From contig DMZI01000068.1 in NCBI GenBank assembly GCA_003485325.1, forward strand, positions 38,553-102,552: a stretch of 64,000 nt of DNA. Reading direction: 5' to 3'. Positions 43,292 to 52,181 of this stretch are shown here, piece after piece. Numbering within the stretch: position 1 is the first letter of the stretch; every line of letters starts with the position of its first letter. The translations under genes and the position numbers were made by a program. The notes under the pieces were generated by a model. The model saw nothing but the letters and a program-made list of their open reading frames with translations, had not been told where the DNA came from and made no database searches. This DNA comes from Desulfotomaculum sp. Lineage in GTDB: Bacteria; Bacillota; Desulfotomaculia; Desulfotomaculales; Nap2-2B.

Positions 43292-46126
43292 ATGATTCAG
43301 GAAGTAAGGGTGACAAACCGTTCTGACGCTGGTGACCCTGTAGGAAACGGGCTGCTTTACGATATTAATACTTTTTTGGGTATAAAAAGCATAACGGGCA
43401 TACGAACTGCTAAAATATACAGGTTTGAAAACATCAGCGAAAAACAAGCCGATCTTTTAGCACAAAAGCTTCTGGCGGAAGAAGTATTTCAGTTGTATAG
43501 TATAAATGCTCCAGTCCTGCAAGGCGCCCAAAGGGTTGTTGAGGTAGCCTACAAACCCGGGGTGATGAACCCTGAAGCAGCCTCGCTTTTAAAAGCGGCC
43601 GCAGATTTGGGAGTTTATGCTGATGCTGCCGATTCAAGCAGGGAATATGCCTTTTATGGCACAAAAATTAAAGAGAAGGACATCCTGGCCATAATCGAAC
43701 ATCTCTTAGTAAATACGACTGTTGAAAGAGTTGTTGACCAGGCGCCTTTAACACTTATAATCCGCGGCAATCCCACCAGTTCCGAATCTATTCCAATCGC
43801 ACAGATGGACGATAGGCAGTTAATGGAACTTAGCAGTGAAAAGCTCTTTCTAAATCTGGAAGAGATGCGGTTAATCCAAAGTTATTTTAAGAAAGCCGGT
43901 CGCAATCCGACAGACTGCGAAATTGAAACTATCGCCCAGACATGGTCCGAACACTGCAGTCATAAGACATTCAAAGCAAAGCTGATCGTCAACGGAGAGG
44001 AAAAGACTCCTCTTTTAAAACGTCTGCAGCAAGCAACCAGTGATACGCGTCATCCGCTCGTTCTCTCAGCATTTGTCGACAATTCGGGAGTAATGGATTT
44101 TTACGATGGATGGGCAATTTGCGGAAAAGTGGAAACGCACAACTCACCCTCAGCAATTGAACCGTATGGCGGGGCGATGACCGGAAGCGGTGGTGTCTTT
44201 CGGGATGTTCTTGGAACAGGGCAAGGCGCAAAAGTAGTTGCTTCCACAGATATTTTTTGTTTTGCTCACCCGGATACCCCAAGAGAAGAGATTCCTCCAG
44301 GCTGTCTGCACCCGCACTATTTGCTGCGCAGGGTTGTAGCAGGGGTAAGAGATTACGGGAACCGCATGGGCATACCGACTAATAACGGATCGGTCCATTT
44401 CCACCGGGACTTTCGCGCCAAGCCAACCATAATAGTGGGGGCATACGGCATTTTACCGCGGGAAAGGTGCACGAAAGGGCAGCCGCAAATTGGCGATCTC
44501 GTTTTGGCTATTGGTGGCCGCACAGGACGGGACGGCATTCACGGGGCGACTTTTTCAAGCGGGGAAATGACTGAAAGAACTACAGAGGTCAATTCCAGCG
44601 CGGTCCAAATCGGGCACCCGATAGAAGAAAAAAGAGTAAGTGACGCCATAATAAAGGCAAGTTTAGCCGGCTTAATAAGGGCTGTAACAGACTGCGGGGC
44701 CGGGGGGTTTAGTTCCGCGATAGGTGAAATGGGTTCGCAAACAGGTGTGGAGGTTGCCCTGGAAAAAGCTCCTCTTAAGTACCCGGGACTGAAACCATGG
44801 GAAATATGGGTGTCGGAAAGCCAGGAAAGAATGGTCCTGGCGGTTGCTCCTGAGAATTTAGGCAGTGTTTTAGAAATTTGCAATTTGTTAAACGTTGAAG
44901 CTTCGGTTCTCGGCCAGTTCAAAGACAGCAAAAAACTGGTTGTTACTTACCGGGGAGAGACGATTTGTGATTTGCAGATGAGCTTTCTTCATCACGGGCT
45001 GCCTCAAAGGGTAATGAAGGCGTCTTTTGCAAAAAAAGACTGTATTGAAGTTAAAAATATACCCCTTCCCGCAGATTTTCCTATATTATATCAACGGGTA
45101 ATGGGTCATCCCAATATTTGTTCAAAAGAGCCTATCGTGCGCATGTATGACCATGGGGTTCAAGGCTCTTGCTGCTTACCGCCTTTTTCCGGGATCGGCG
45201 GGGACTGTCCCAATGATTCAGTGGTCTTAAAACCACTGCTTGGTTATCCTTACGGTATGGTCATCAGTCATGGCCTGAATCCTGTCTTAAATACGATAGA
45301 CCCTTATTACGGAAGTTTATGGGCGGCTGCGGAAGCTGTGTCAAATGCGGTCGCTGTTGGCGCAAATCCGGAAGAACTGGTTCTGATAGATAATTTTATC
45401 TGGCCGTTTCCTGATGAGGAATCACTGGGAGACCTGGACAGAGCTGTTGACGCATGTGTAGATTTCGTACATGCAACCGGAATGCCTTTTATATCAGGTA
45501 AGGATAGTTTATCAAGCACTTATCGCAGAAGTGACGGGACATTGCTGAAAATACCTCCTGTCCTTTGTGTTTCCGCTTTTGGCAGAATAGCGGACGTGAA
45601 AAAAACTGTTTCAGCTGATTTTAAGCGTCCGGGCAGTTCGATTATAATCGTGGGAAAACGGGAACTGGAACAAATGGGGGGTTCAACATATTACGACCTG
45701 GAAGGATTGGAAGGCCCTCTTCCAGTTATTAATCTGGATATAATGAATCTCACCTTTAAAAAAATTCATCAAGCAATCGGCAAAGGGCAAATTCTTGCCT
45801 GCCACGATATAAGCGAGGGTGGGGTTGCAGCCGCTCTTGCCGAAATGTGTTTTGGAGGCGGCATAGGCGCAGAAATAACTTTGGGAACAGAAATAAGGCC
45901 TGATTACTTTCTCTTCAATGAAACAGCAGGTTGCTTTCTTATTGAGATGAATTCAGAAACAGACTGCGAAACTGTTTTTTCGGGTGTTCCGTATGTAAAA
46001 ATAGGCAATACAACAAGTCAGCGCGAAATTAGCCTGTTGGCCGGTGATAATGAGCTGTTCAGAATAGATCTCGGGCTTTTAATTGAACCATGGAAAGGTC
46101 TGATGCAAAAGGTTTTTAATGCCTAG
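43292..46126 (+). CDS. purL: phosphoribosylformylglycinamidine synthase, PurS-PurS-PurL fusion
   Basis: About 944 aa. The first ~170 aa contain two PurS-like segments (VRVTNRSDAGDPVG..., VEVAYKPGVMNPEAASLL...), followed by PurL motifs (QTWSEHCSHKTF, ETHNSPSAIEPYGGA). The longest ORF starts at 43259. Confidence 0.9.
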   Translation: MIQEVRVTNRSDAGDPVGNGLLYDINTFLGIKSITGIRTAKIYRFENISEKQADLLAQKLLAEEVFQLYSINAPVLQGAQRVVEVAYKPGVMNPEAASLLKAAADLGVYADAADSSREYAFYGTKIKEKDILAIIEHLLVNTTVERVVDQAPLTLIIRGNPTSSESIPIAQMDDRQLMELSSEKLFLNLEEMRLIQSYFKKAGRNPTDCEIETIAQTWSEHCSHKTFKAKLIVNGEEKTPLLKRLQQATSDTRHPLVLSAFVDNSGVMDFYDGWAICGKVETHNSPSAIEPYGGAMTGSGGVFRDVLGTGQGAKVVASTDIFCFAHPDTPREEIPPGCLHPHYLLRRVVAGVRDYGNRMGIPTNNGSVHFHRDFRAKPTIIVGAYGILPRERCTKGQPQIGDLVLAIGGRTGRDGIHGATFSSGEMTERTTEVNSSAVQIGHPIEEKRVSDAIIKASLAGLIRAVTDCGAGGFSSAIGEMGSQTGVEVALEKAPLKYPGLKPWEIWVSESQERMVLAVAPENLGSVLEICNLLNVEASVLGQFKDSKKLVVTYRGETICDLQMSFLHHGLPQRVMKASFAKKDCIEVKNIPLPADFPILYQRVMGHPNICSKEPIVRMYDHGVQGSCCLPPFSGIGGDCPNDSVVLKPLLGYPYGMVISHGLNPVLNTIDPYYGSLWAAAEAVSNAVAVGANPEELVLIDNFIWPFPDEESLGDLDRAVDACVDFVHATGMPFISGKDSLSSTYRRSDGTLLKIPPVLCVSAFGRIADVKKTVSADFKRPGSSIIIVGKRELEQMGGSTYYDLEGLEGPLPVINLDIMNLTFKKIHQAIGKGQILACHDISEGGVAAALAEMCFGGGIGAEITLGTEIRPDYFLFNETAGCFLIEMNSETDCETVFSGVPYVKIGNTTSQREISLLAGDNELFRIDLGLLIEPWKGLMQKVFNA

Positions 46127-46155
46127 AAAACGGATGAGTAAGGAGACGGGCCGGT

Positions 46156-46935
46156 ATGAAACCAAGGGTTTGCATACTTAGAACAGACGGTACAAATTGT
46201 GATGAAGAAACTTTTTACGCCTTTAATAAATCAGGTGGGGAAAGTGAACTTGTTCATATCAATATGCTCCGCAGCGGAGAAAAGAAATTGCTTGACTATC
46301 ATATTCTTGTTATTCCTGGTGGATTTTCTTACGGAGATGATGTTCATTCAGGGAAAATTCTGGCTGTAGAATTGACCTCCTTTTTAAAGGAAAAACTCCA
46401 GGAATTCGTAGCAGCCGGCAGGCCGGTGCTGGGAATTTGCAATGGTTTTCAGGTGCTGGTTCGTACTGGGCTTCTGCCGGACAGGCAGGTTTCAGGAAAA
46501 ATAAAGGCGGCTTTAATTCATAATGACAGTGGCCGTTTTGAATGCCGTTGGGTGAAACTTCTGATCGAAAATACAAATTGTGTTTTTATTAGAAACAATG
46601 AAAGCGGGCAGATAAGCCTCCAGGTAGCCCATGGAGAAGGTAAATTCTATACAGATTCTGCTACGTTAAACGAGATAGAGGCTGCTGACCAGGTGGTTTT
46701 TAGATACACCAGCGATGGATTCCTTCCGACTGGCGAATATCCCGCAAATCCAAATGGTTCATTGAATGCTATTGCAGGTATTTGTGATTCAACAGGGCTT
46801 ATTTTAGGCATGATGCCGCACCCGGAAAGATTTGTTGATCAAATCCATTATCCCAACTGGCGCCGTGGAAACCAATTACAACCCCAGGGAGAGGCAGTTT
46901 TCCGAAATGCTGTAAACTACGCAAAAGAGATGTAA
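46156..46935 (+). CDS. purQ: phosphoribosylformylglycinamidine synthase glutaminase subunit PurQ
   Basis: 259 aa with GGFSYGD, the GICNGFQ catalytic Cys, and MPHPER. Confidence 0.92.
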   Translation: MKPRVCILRTDGTNCDEETFYAFNKSGGESELVHINMLRSGEKKLLDYHILVIPGGFSYGDDVHSGKILAVELTSFLKEKLQEFVAAGRPVLGICNGFQVLVRTGLLPDRQVSGKIKAALIHNDSGRFECRWVKLLIENTNCVFIRNNESGQISLQVAHGEGKFYTDSATLNEIEAADQVVFRYTSDGFLPTGEYPANPNGSLNAIAGICDSTGLILGMMPHPERFVDQIHYPNWRRGNQLQPQGEAVFRNAVNYAKEM

Positions 46936-46938
46936 ATA

Positions 46939-46996
46939 CCGGTCCGAGGCGAGCCGTACCGCTGTTGGCGCTTGGGCACCGGAGTAAGCGGCGATA
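46939..46996. repeat. B-tail repeat fragment directly after the purQ stop
   Basis: GGTCCGAGGCGAGCCGTACCGCTGTTGGCGCTTGGGCACCGGAGTAAGCGGCGATAAA aligns to 27279-27338. Confidence 0.65.
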
Positions 46997-47029
46997 AATA
47001 GTTAGTTGTTATCCATTGGGGGAGATGAA

Positions 47030-48136
47030 ATGGAAGAGCAGAATCCAAGTACCGGGCCGGTTGCAAACAGGAATAATTCAAAACTAAAAATGATAAGCTT
47101 TGCAGTCGTTGCTATTATAGTATTGGGAATTGCCGCAGGCGCTTTTTTATGGTGGCGCGATCTGCGGATTTCAGTTTCCACCGATGACGCACAGGTCAGC
47201 GGTGACATTATTAATATCAGCCCTGCAATAGCAGGCCGCCTGGACAAAATATATGTTAAGGAAGGGGATGTTGTCAAGGCGGGCCAGACAGTAGCTGAAC
47301 TCGACAATGATCAGTACTACATAGCGCTTGCCCAGGCTGAGGCAAACCTTAACCTTGCCAAGGCCAATTATGCCAAGCTCCCTTACGACATCAGGTCGGC
47401 GCAGGCCGCGCTGGACAAGGCCCAACAGGGCCTGCTTGCCGCTCAGGCGCAAGTCAAGTCAGCAGAATTGGGCTGCAACGACGCAAAAAGGTTTCTTGAC
47501 CAGTATCAGTCTTTGTATTCTTCCGGCGCTGCTTCGAAAGAACAGCTGGATACGGCTCAATCGCGCTTTGGAGTCGCGCAGGCGTCATTGGAAGCAGCTA
47601 AAGCTGGGTTTGTATCCGCCCAGGAGTCCCTGAAAGACGCAAATGTAAAGCTTGAAGCCCTCAACAACACCGGAGCGGGCGTTTACCTTGCCCAGCAGAA
47701 ACAGGCCCAGGCAGCTTATGACAATGCCAGGCTTACTTATAACAATTCGATAATTCATTCTACAAAAAACGGTACTGTGATCCGCGTATCAGCCAAGGAA
47801 GGGGAGAACCTGGCGCCCTATCAAACTATTCTTACTATCTGTGACCTTTCTTCTACATGGGTAATCGCAAATATCGAAGAAAAAAAATTCAACCGGATCC
47901 ATTTGGGCCAAACAGTGGATATAAATATTGACGCCTACCCCGGAAAGGATTTCAAGGGAGAAGTAATAGAGTTAGGCGGAGCAACTCAGGCAACTTTCTC
48001 TCTTATTCCTACCCAGAACTATTCAGGGAATTTTACCAAGGTTACGCAGAGACTGCCCGTAAAAATCAAGCTAAACAAAGGAGATCAGGTTTTAAAACCG
48101 GGCATGTCTGCAGAAGTAAAAATACATACCGCTTAA
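47030..48136 (+). CDS. HlyD/EmrA-family membrane fusion (periplasmic adaptor) protein
   Basis: It has an N-terminal TM anchor, a lipoyl-like segment (VKEGDVVKAGQTVAELD), a long Ala/Gln coiled coil and a beta-barrel tail. The ATG lies 5 nt after GGGGGAG. Confidence 0.85.
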   Translation: MEEQNPSTGPVANRNNSKLKMISFAVVAIIVLGIAAGAFLWWRDLRISVSTDDAQVSGDIINISPAIAGRLDKIYVKEGDVVKAGQTVAELDNDQYYIALAQAEANLNLAKANYAKLPYDIRSAQAALDKAQQGLLAAQAQVKSAELGCNDAKRFLDQYQSLYSSGAASKEQLDTAQSRFGVAQASLEAAKAGFVSAQESLKDANVKLEALNNTGAGVYLAQQKQAQAAYDNARLTYNNSIIHSTKNGTVIRVSAKEGENLAPYQTILTICDLSSTWVIANIEEKKFNRIHLGQTVDINIDAYPGKDFKGEVIELGGATQATFSLIPTQNYSGNFTKVTQRLPVKIKLNKGDQVLKPGMSAEVKIHTA

Positions 48137-48151
48137 GCAGGAAAATAACTC

Positions 48152-48181
48152 TTGACCAGAACATGTGTTTGCTGGCATAAT
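48152..48181 (+). promoter_or_regulatory. sigmaA promoter TTGACC-18-CATAAT with embedded LexA (Cheo) box AGAACATGTGTTTG
   Basis: GAAC-N4-GTTT at 48159-48170 lies between the -35 and -10 elements, 35 nt upstream of the dinB start. Confidence 0.6.
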
Positions 48182-48215
48182 CAGATCAAATATGTTCGAT
48201 CAGGAGTTTTTTTAT

Positions 48216-49400
48216 ATGTTGAGAGATATCCTGCTTGCGGATATGAATGCTTTCTTTGCCAGCGTTCATCAGGCCCTCGAACCGGATCTCAGGGGGAAGC
48301 CCGTGATAGTCGGGGGCGACTCAGCCAAACGCCACGGCATCGTTCTGGCAGCCAGTTATGAAGCCAAGTCTAAAGGCATAAAGACCGGCATGACGGTCCA
48401 CGAGGCCCGCATACTCTGTCCGCAGGCAATCTTCATCAACCCCCAGCACCACCTTTATGTCCACTTTTCCACACGTATTTTACGTATTATGAAGGATTTC
48501 ACACCTTTAGTCGAACCTTTTTCCATTGACGAGGCATTTCTCGATGTTACCGGATGCCGGGGCCTTTTTGGGGCGCCTGTTGATATTGCCAGGAAATTAA
48601 AAGAGCGAATCCGTAAAGAAACCGGCATAACATGCAGTATAGGTATAGGGCCGAACAAACTGCTGGCAAAAATGGCCGCCGGCCTGCAAAAGCCTGACGG
48701 ATTGACCTTTCTGCGTTATGAGGATGTGCCTTTCCGGATCTGGCCCCTGCCGGTGAGACAGCTTTTCGGAGTGGGACCGCGGTATGAACGCCATTTAAAC
48801 CTTTTAAACATTCACACTATAGGGGACCTTTCCAAATTTCCCGTATTCATTCTTAAACGAAAATTCGGGGTTTACGGAGAAGTGCTCTGGCGAAGCGCCA
48901 ATGGGATGGACGGCAGTCCTGTCGATCCCAATACTTTGGACATTACGAAAAGTATTGGCCAGCAAATAACCCTGCCGCGCGATTACCAAAGCCGCGAAGA
49001 TATAAAAGTAGTTATTCTGGAGCTTGCCGATCTGGTTGCGGAACGGGTCAGGGCAGGGGGCTATGTGGGGAGGACAGTCGTTTTGTCTTTGAAAGACAGC
49101 AACTTTACCTGGCTGTCCAGAATGCATACACTGCCTGAATTTACCGACCTTGCTTTCGATATCTCCAAGACAGGATTGACAATTTTAGAACGGCACTGGC
49201 CTGATGGCTGGCCTGTGCGTATGGTCGGGGTGGCGTTGGCGGGTTTAACCTTTCAAAGAATGCAGCAGTTGACCTTGTTCGGTGAAAAGGAAAAGCTTAA
49301 AAAAATGGAAGAAGCGTGCGACAGGATCAGAAGCAGATTTGGTGAGAAGGCTGTTTTCAGGGCGGTTTCTCTTACCGGGGCGGGGATCAGATATGCATGA
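48216..49400 (+). CDS. dinB: DNA polymerase IV (Y-family)
   Basis: It has ILLADMNAFFASV, the FSIDEAFLDVTG catalytic motif, and SIGIGPNKLLAKMA. Confidence 0.93.
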   Translation: MLRDILLADMNAFFASVHQALEPDLRGKPVIVGGDSAKRHGIVLAASYEAKSKGIKTGMTVHEARILCPQAIFINPQHHLYVHFSTRILRIMKDFTPLVEPFSIDEAFLDVTGCRGLFGAPVDIARKLKERIRKETGITCSIGIGPNKLLAKMAAGLQKPDGLTFLRYEDVPFRIWPLPVRQLFGVGPRYERHLNLLNIHTIGDLSKFPVFILKRKFGVYGEVLWRSANGMDGSPVDPNTLDITKSIGQQITLPRDYQSREDIKVVILELADLVAERVRAGGYVGRTVVLSLKDSNFTWLSRMHTLPEFTDLAFDISKTGLTILERHWPDGWPVRMVGVALAGLTFQRMQQLTLFGEKEKLKKMEEACDRIRSRFGEKAVFRAVSLTGAGIRYA

Positions 49401-49755
49401 TAATAAGCTCTGGGAAGGCCACAGGCTTATCCTGCCTGAAATGAGGGAGAAGGCCTTGATGTATTGCCGTGACTGCAGGTTCTTTACGCAGGTGCGGGGC
49501 AGGGAGGAGGTCAGACGCGGCTGTTTGGCCGGTGTGCCTGCTTACGGGACCCTGCAGAAACGGGTCCCTCCGGAAATAAGTTATCTTGAGCTGTTGAAGA
49601 TGGCCGGCCCTGCGGGAGCAAATAAGATATTGGAAAGCGGCAATCCGGATGCCCAGGCCTGCGGGTTGTTTAAACCCGGGTATAAGCCTAAACCTGGAGC
49701 AGTTCGCGAATCATCCGGGCGTTTCGGACCGCCTGACCGCGGTAATGGTTATTGA
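49393..49755 (+). CDS. YolD-like protein (putative Y-polymerase accessory), Cys-containing
   Basis: The ATG overlaps the dinB stop region. The N-terminus NKLWEGHRLILPEMREKAL resembles the YolD-like W...MLPEH motif. The rest is unlike YolD (CRDC, C, C), and the 3' end overlaps the convergent DUF72 gene. Confidence 0.45.
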   Translation: MHDNKLWEGHRLILPEMREKALMYCRDCRFFTQVRGREEVRRGCLAGVPAYGTLQKRVPPEISYLELLKMAGPAGANKILESGNPDAQACGLFKPGYKPKPGAVRESSGRFGPPDRGNGY

Positions 49756-50467
49756 AGGCGACAAATACCTGCTTTGCCTGTTTGGCCAGCTTATTTATTT
49801 TTGGGGCCCATTTGCCGATTTCCTCCAGGGTATATAGATAGTCATATCTTTCGTATGATTCTTCATGCTTCCACCATTTGGCAAGATTGCGGCCGTGAAA
49901 ACGGACATAGGCAACTTCACTGGTGCATGTGGCTGCCTGGCCGACAAGTCCTTTTATATTTGGTTCGTCCACACAGACATACCCTATTTCCAACGTTCGC
50001 AGAAAATCCCAGGTAGCTTCTTTAACCCAGCTGTGGTGCCTGAATTCAACAGCAAGGGGGATTGATTTTAAGAACAGCCCCTTTAAGCCGGCCAAATAAC
50101 GCCTGTTTTCCTCCTGATTATGAAAGGAATACGGAAACTGCAGCAATACTGCGCCAAGCTTTTCTGTCTGTAATAGAGGTTCTAAAGAGCAGCAAAACTT
50201 TTTTGTGTCTTCCGGAACGCTTTCCTGCCGCTCGTGGGTAAGTGTTTTGTATGCTTTTATCGTAAATATAAAATCTTCGGGGGTCCTTTTAGCGAGCTGA
50301 AGAAAGAGATTTTGTGAAGGAAGATGATAGTAGGAAGAATTTATTTCCGTGAAGGAAAACTCTTTTGCGTAAAACTCCAGCATTTTGTTTTTACTGACCG
50401 CAGCGGGGTAGAAAGGCCCCCGCCAATCATCATAACTATACCCTGAAGTGCCGATAAGAATTGACAT
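49688..50467 (-). CDS. DUF72 (YecE/UPF0759) family protein
   Basis: 259 aa with IGTSGYSYDDWRGPFYP and FTEINSSYY. Confidence 0.85.
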   Translation of the reverse strand: MSILIGTSGYSYDDWRGPFYPAAVSKNKMLEFYAKEFSFTEINSSYYHLPSQNLFLQLAKRTPEDFIFTIKAYKTLTHERQESVPEDTKKFCCSLEPLLQTEKLGAVLLQFPYSFHNQEENRRYLAGLKGLFLKSIPLAVEFRHHSWVKEATWDFLRTLEIGYVCVDEPNIKGLVGQAATCTSEVAYVRFHGRNLAKWWKHEESYERYDYLYTLEEIGKWAPKINKLAKQAKQVFVAFNNHYRGQAVRNARMIRELLQV

Positions 50468-50496
50468 GTCAAAACCGTCTCCTTAGAATCTTTTTC

Positions 50497-51864
50497 TTAA
50501 TTTGATTCTTCGCTGTTTAAGGAGTTAATTAATTCAAGTGTTTGTATTATACGTGTATCTTTTTCAACTATTTCGGAGTCTTTTATTTCGTTTCCGGCCG
50601 CAGCTCCGTATTCCTTGAATTTACGCGCGCTGACCAGTACCCTGCTTTCCAGAGCGCCTACAGCCCTGTTGTATGCTTCGATTGAATTATCCAGACTCTT
50701 CTTGAGGTCTGAAAAATATCCGGCAAGGCCTCTCACCCTTTCGTATAACTGGTTGCCCAGGATGCTGATAGCTTTTGCGTTCTCGGCCAGTTTTTCCTGT
50801 TTCCAGCCATAGGCTACCGCATGTAAAAGAGCAATTAAAGTCGTGGGGGTAGCCATTAGAACATGCTGCTCAACGCCGAACTCGATCAGGCCCGGTTCCT
50901 GTTCGAGCGCCGCGCTGAAAAAAGCTTCACGCGGCAAAAACAAAACCACAAATTCCGGACTGGGTTCAAACTGGCTCCAATATGATTTGCTTCCCAGTTT
51001 TGTCAGGTGGGTGCGTATATTGCGAGCGTGTTCTTTTATTTTTTCATTCTTAATTCTCTCATCCTGAATTTCTAAAGACTCAATATAGGCTAAAATAGGC
51101 GCTTTTGAATCAATGACAATGTTTTTATTGTTGGGGAGTTTAACGACCAAATCGGGCCGGAGGCGGCCCTGCTCCGTATTCACCGATTCCTGTTGGATAA
51201 AGTCACAGTATTCAATCATTCCGGCTATTTCAACTACTCTCTTAAGTTGAATTTCACCCCAGCGCCCGCGAACATTTGGTGTCCGGAGAGCATTGACAAG
51301 GTTGGACGTTTCAAGTTTAAGCCTGTCCTGTGTCTGGGATAAAGCTTCCAATTGTTTGGTAAGGCCTGTATATGCCTCCAAACGGGATTTCTCCAGTTCA
51401 TTAATTCTAACATCTACTTTTCCCAAGGAATCTTGAACGGGTTTGACAATTTCATTAACGGCTTTTTGGCGGGCTTCAAGGTCTGTCTTTGCGCTTTCCT
51501 GGTATTTTTCCAGGGCTGTCGCAGCCAGTTCCAGGAAGGTTTGGTTATTGACACGCAGGGCGTCCGCAGAAAGAGCTTTAAAAGCGCTGGAAAGCGATTC
51601 TTTTGCTTCTTCCAGCAGGAGAAGTTTCTCTTTATTATCATTGCGTTCTTTTTCAAGAAGTGTTGTTATCTGGGCAATCCTTTCCTTTAATCCGGTAATA
51701 TTATCCTGCGCCTTGAACAGGTCGGCGTCTTTGTTTTTTAAAGCAAGCTCAAGTTCGTTGATCCTTTTATTTTTCTCTTTCATAACTGCCATTTTCTCGA
51801 AGAACAGGATTGCCAGGAAGCTTATAATAAAGATAATAAGGAAAACGATCAGGGCCTTTTCCAT
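50497..51864 (-). CDS. rmuC: DNA recombination protein RmuC
   Basis: 455 aa with an N-terminal TM helix, a long coiled coil and a C-terminal RmuC nuclease-like domain (RPDLVVKLPNNKNIVIDSKAP). Confidence 0.88.
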   Translation of the reverse strand: MEKALIVFLIIFIISFLAILFFEKMAVMKEKNKRINELELALKNKDADLFKAQDNITGLKERIAQITTLLEKERNDNKEKLLLLEEAKESLSSAFKALSADALRVNNQTFLELAATALEKYQESAKTDLEARQKAVNEIVKPVQDSLGKVDVRINELEKSRLEAYTGLTKQLEALSQTQDRLKLETSNLVNALRTPNVRGRWGEIQLKRVVEIAGMIEYCDFIQQESVNTEQGRLRPDLVVKLPNNKNIVIDSKAPILAYIESLEIQDERIKNEKIKEHARNIRTHLTKLGSKSYWSQFEPSPEFVVLFLPREAFFSAALEQEPGLIEFGVEQHVLMATPTTLIALLHAVAYGWKQEKLAENAKAISILGNQLYERVRGLAGYFSDLKKSLDNSIEAYNRAVGALESRVLVSARKFKEYGAAAGNEIKDSEIVEKDTRIIQTLELINSLNSEESN

Positions 51865-52120
51865 AAAGAGTTCCTTTCAGTTAAAGAAATCAGCGTGCTA
51901 AAATATAAAAACATGTTTACTTATCCATTATAGATCCCATATTATTTATTAAAGGAAACAGATTTTAGGCATATAATAAGTTGCAAGGATGATTAATTTA
52001 TACTGACTTAAATATAACACATTTTCATCCATTCAAACATATATATACATTAGTTCTCATACTTTAAAGATTGTAAAAACGTAAAATGTTCCCTAACTCA
52101 ATACAATTGGCTTATACAAC

Positions 52121-52160
52121 AAAATAAGGTCCCGTTCTTTTTGAGCGGGACCTCTTTTTG
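52121..52160. terminator. bidirectional intrinsic terminator (AGGTCCCG-loop-CGGGACCT with A-run/T-run flanks) after cheB
   Basis: Read directly, about 22 nt downstream of the cheB stop on the - strand. Confidence 0.65.
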
Positions 52161-52181
52161 CTTATAAAACAATCAGCCGGA

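Noticed and set aside
49282-49392. Longer form of the YolD-like ORF starting at 49282 inside dinB
   Set aside because: The upstream part overlaps the conserved dinB C-terminus in another frame. The ATG at 49393 with a G-rich RBS gives the YolD-like N-terminal motif directly.
51905-51922. Second LexA box upstream of rmuC (AAAACATGTTTAC)
   Set aside because: It is palindromic, but both half-sites deviate from GAAC/GTTC (AAAC/TTAC), so it is much weaker than the dinB box.
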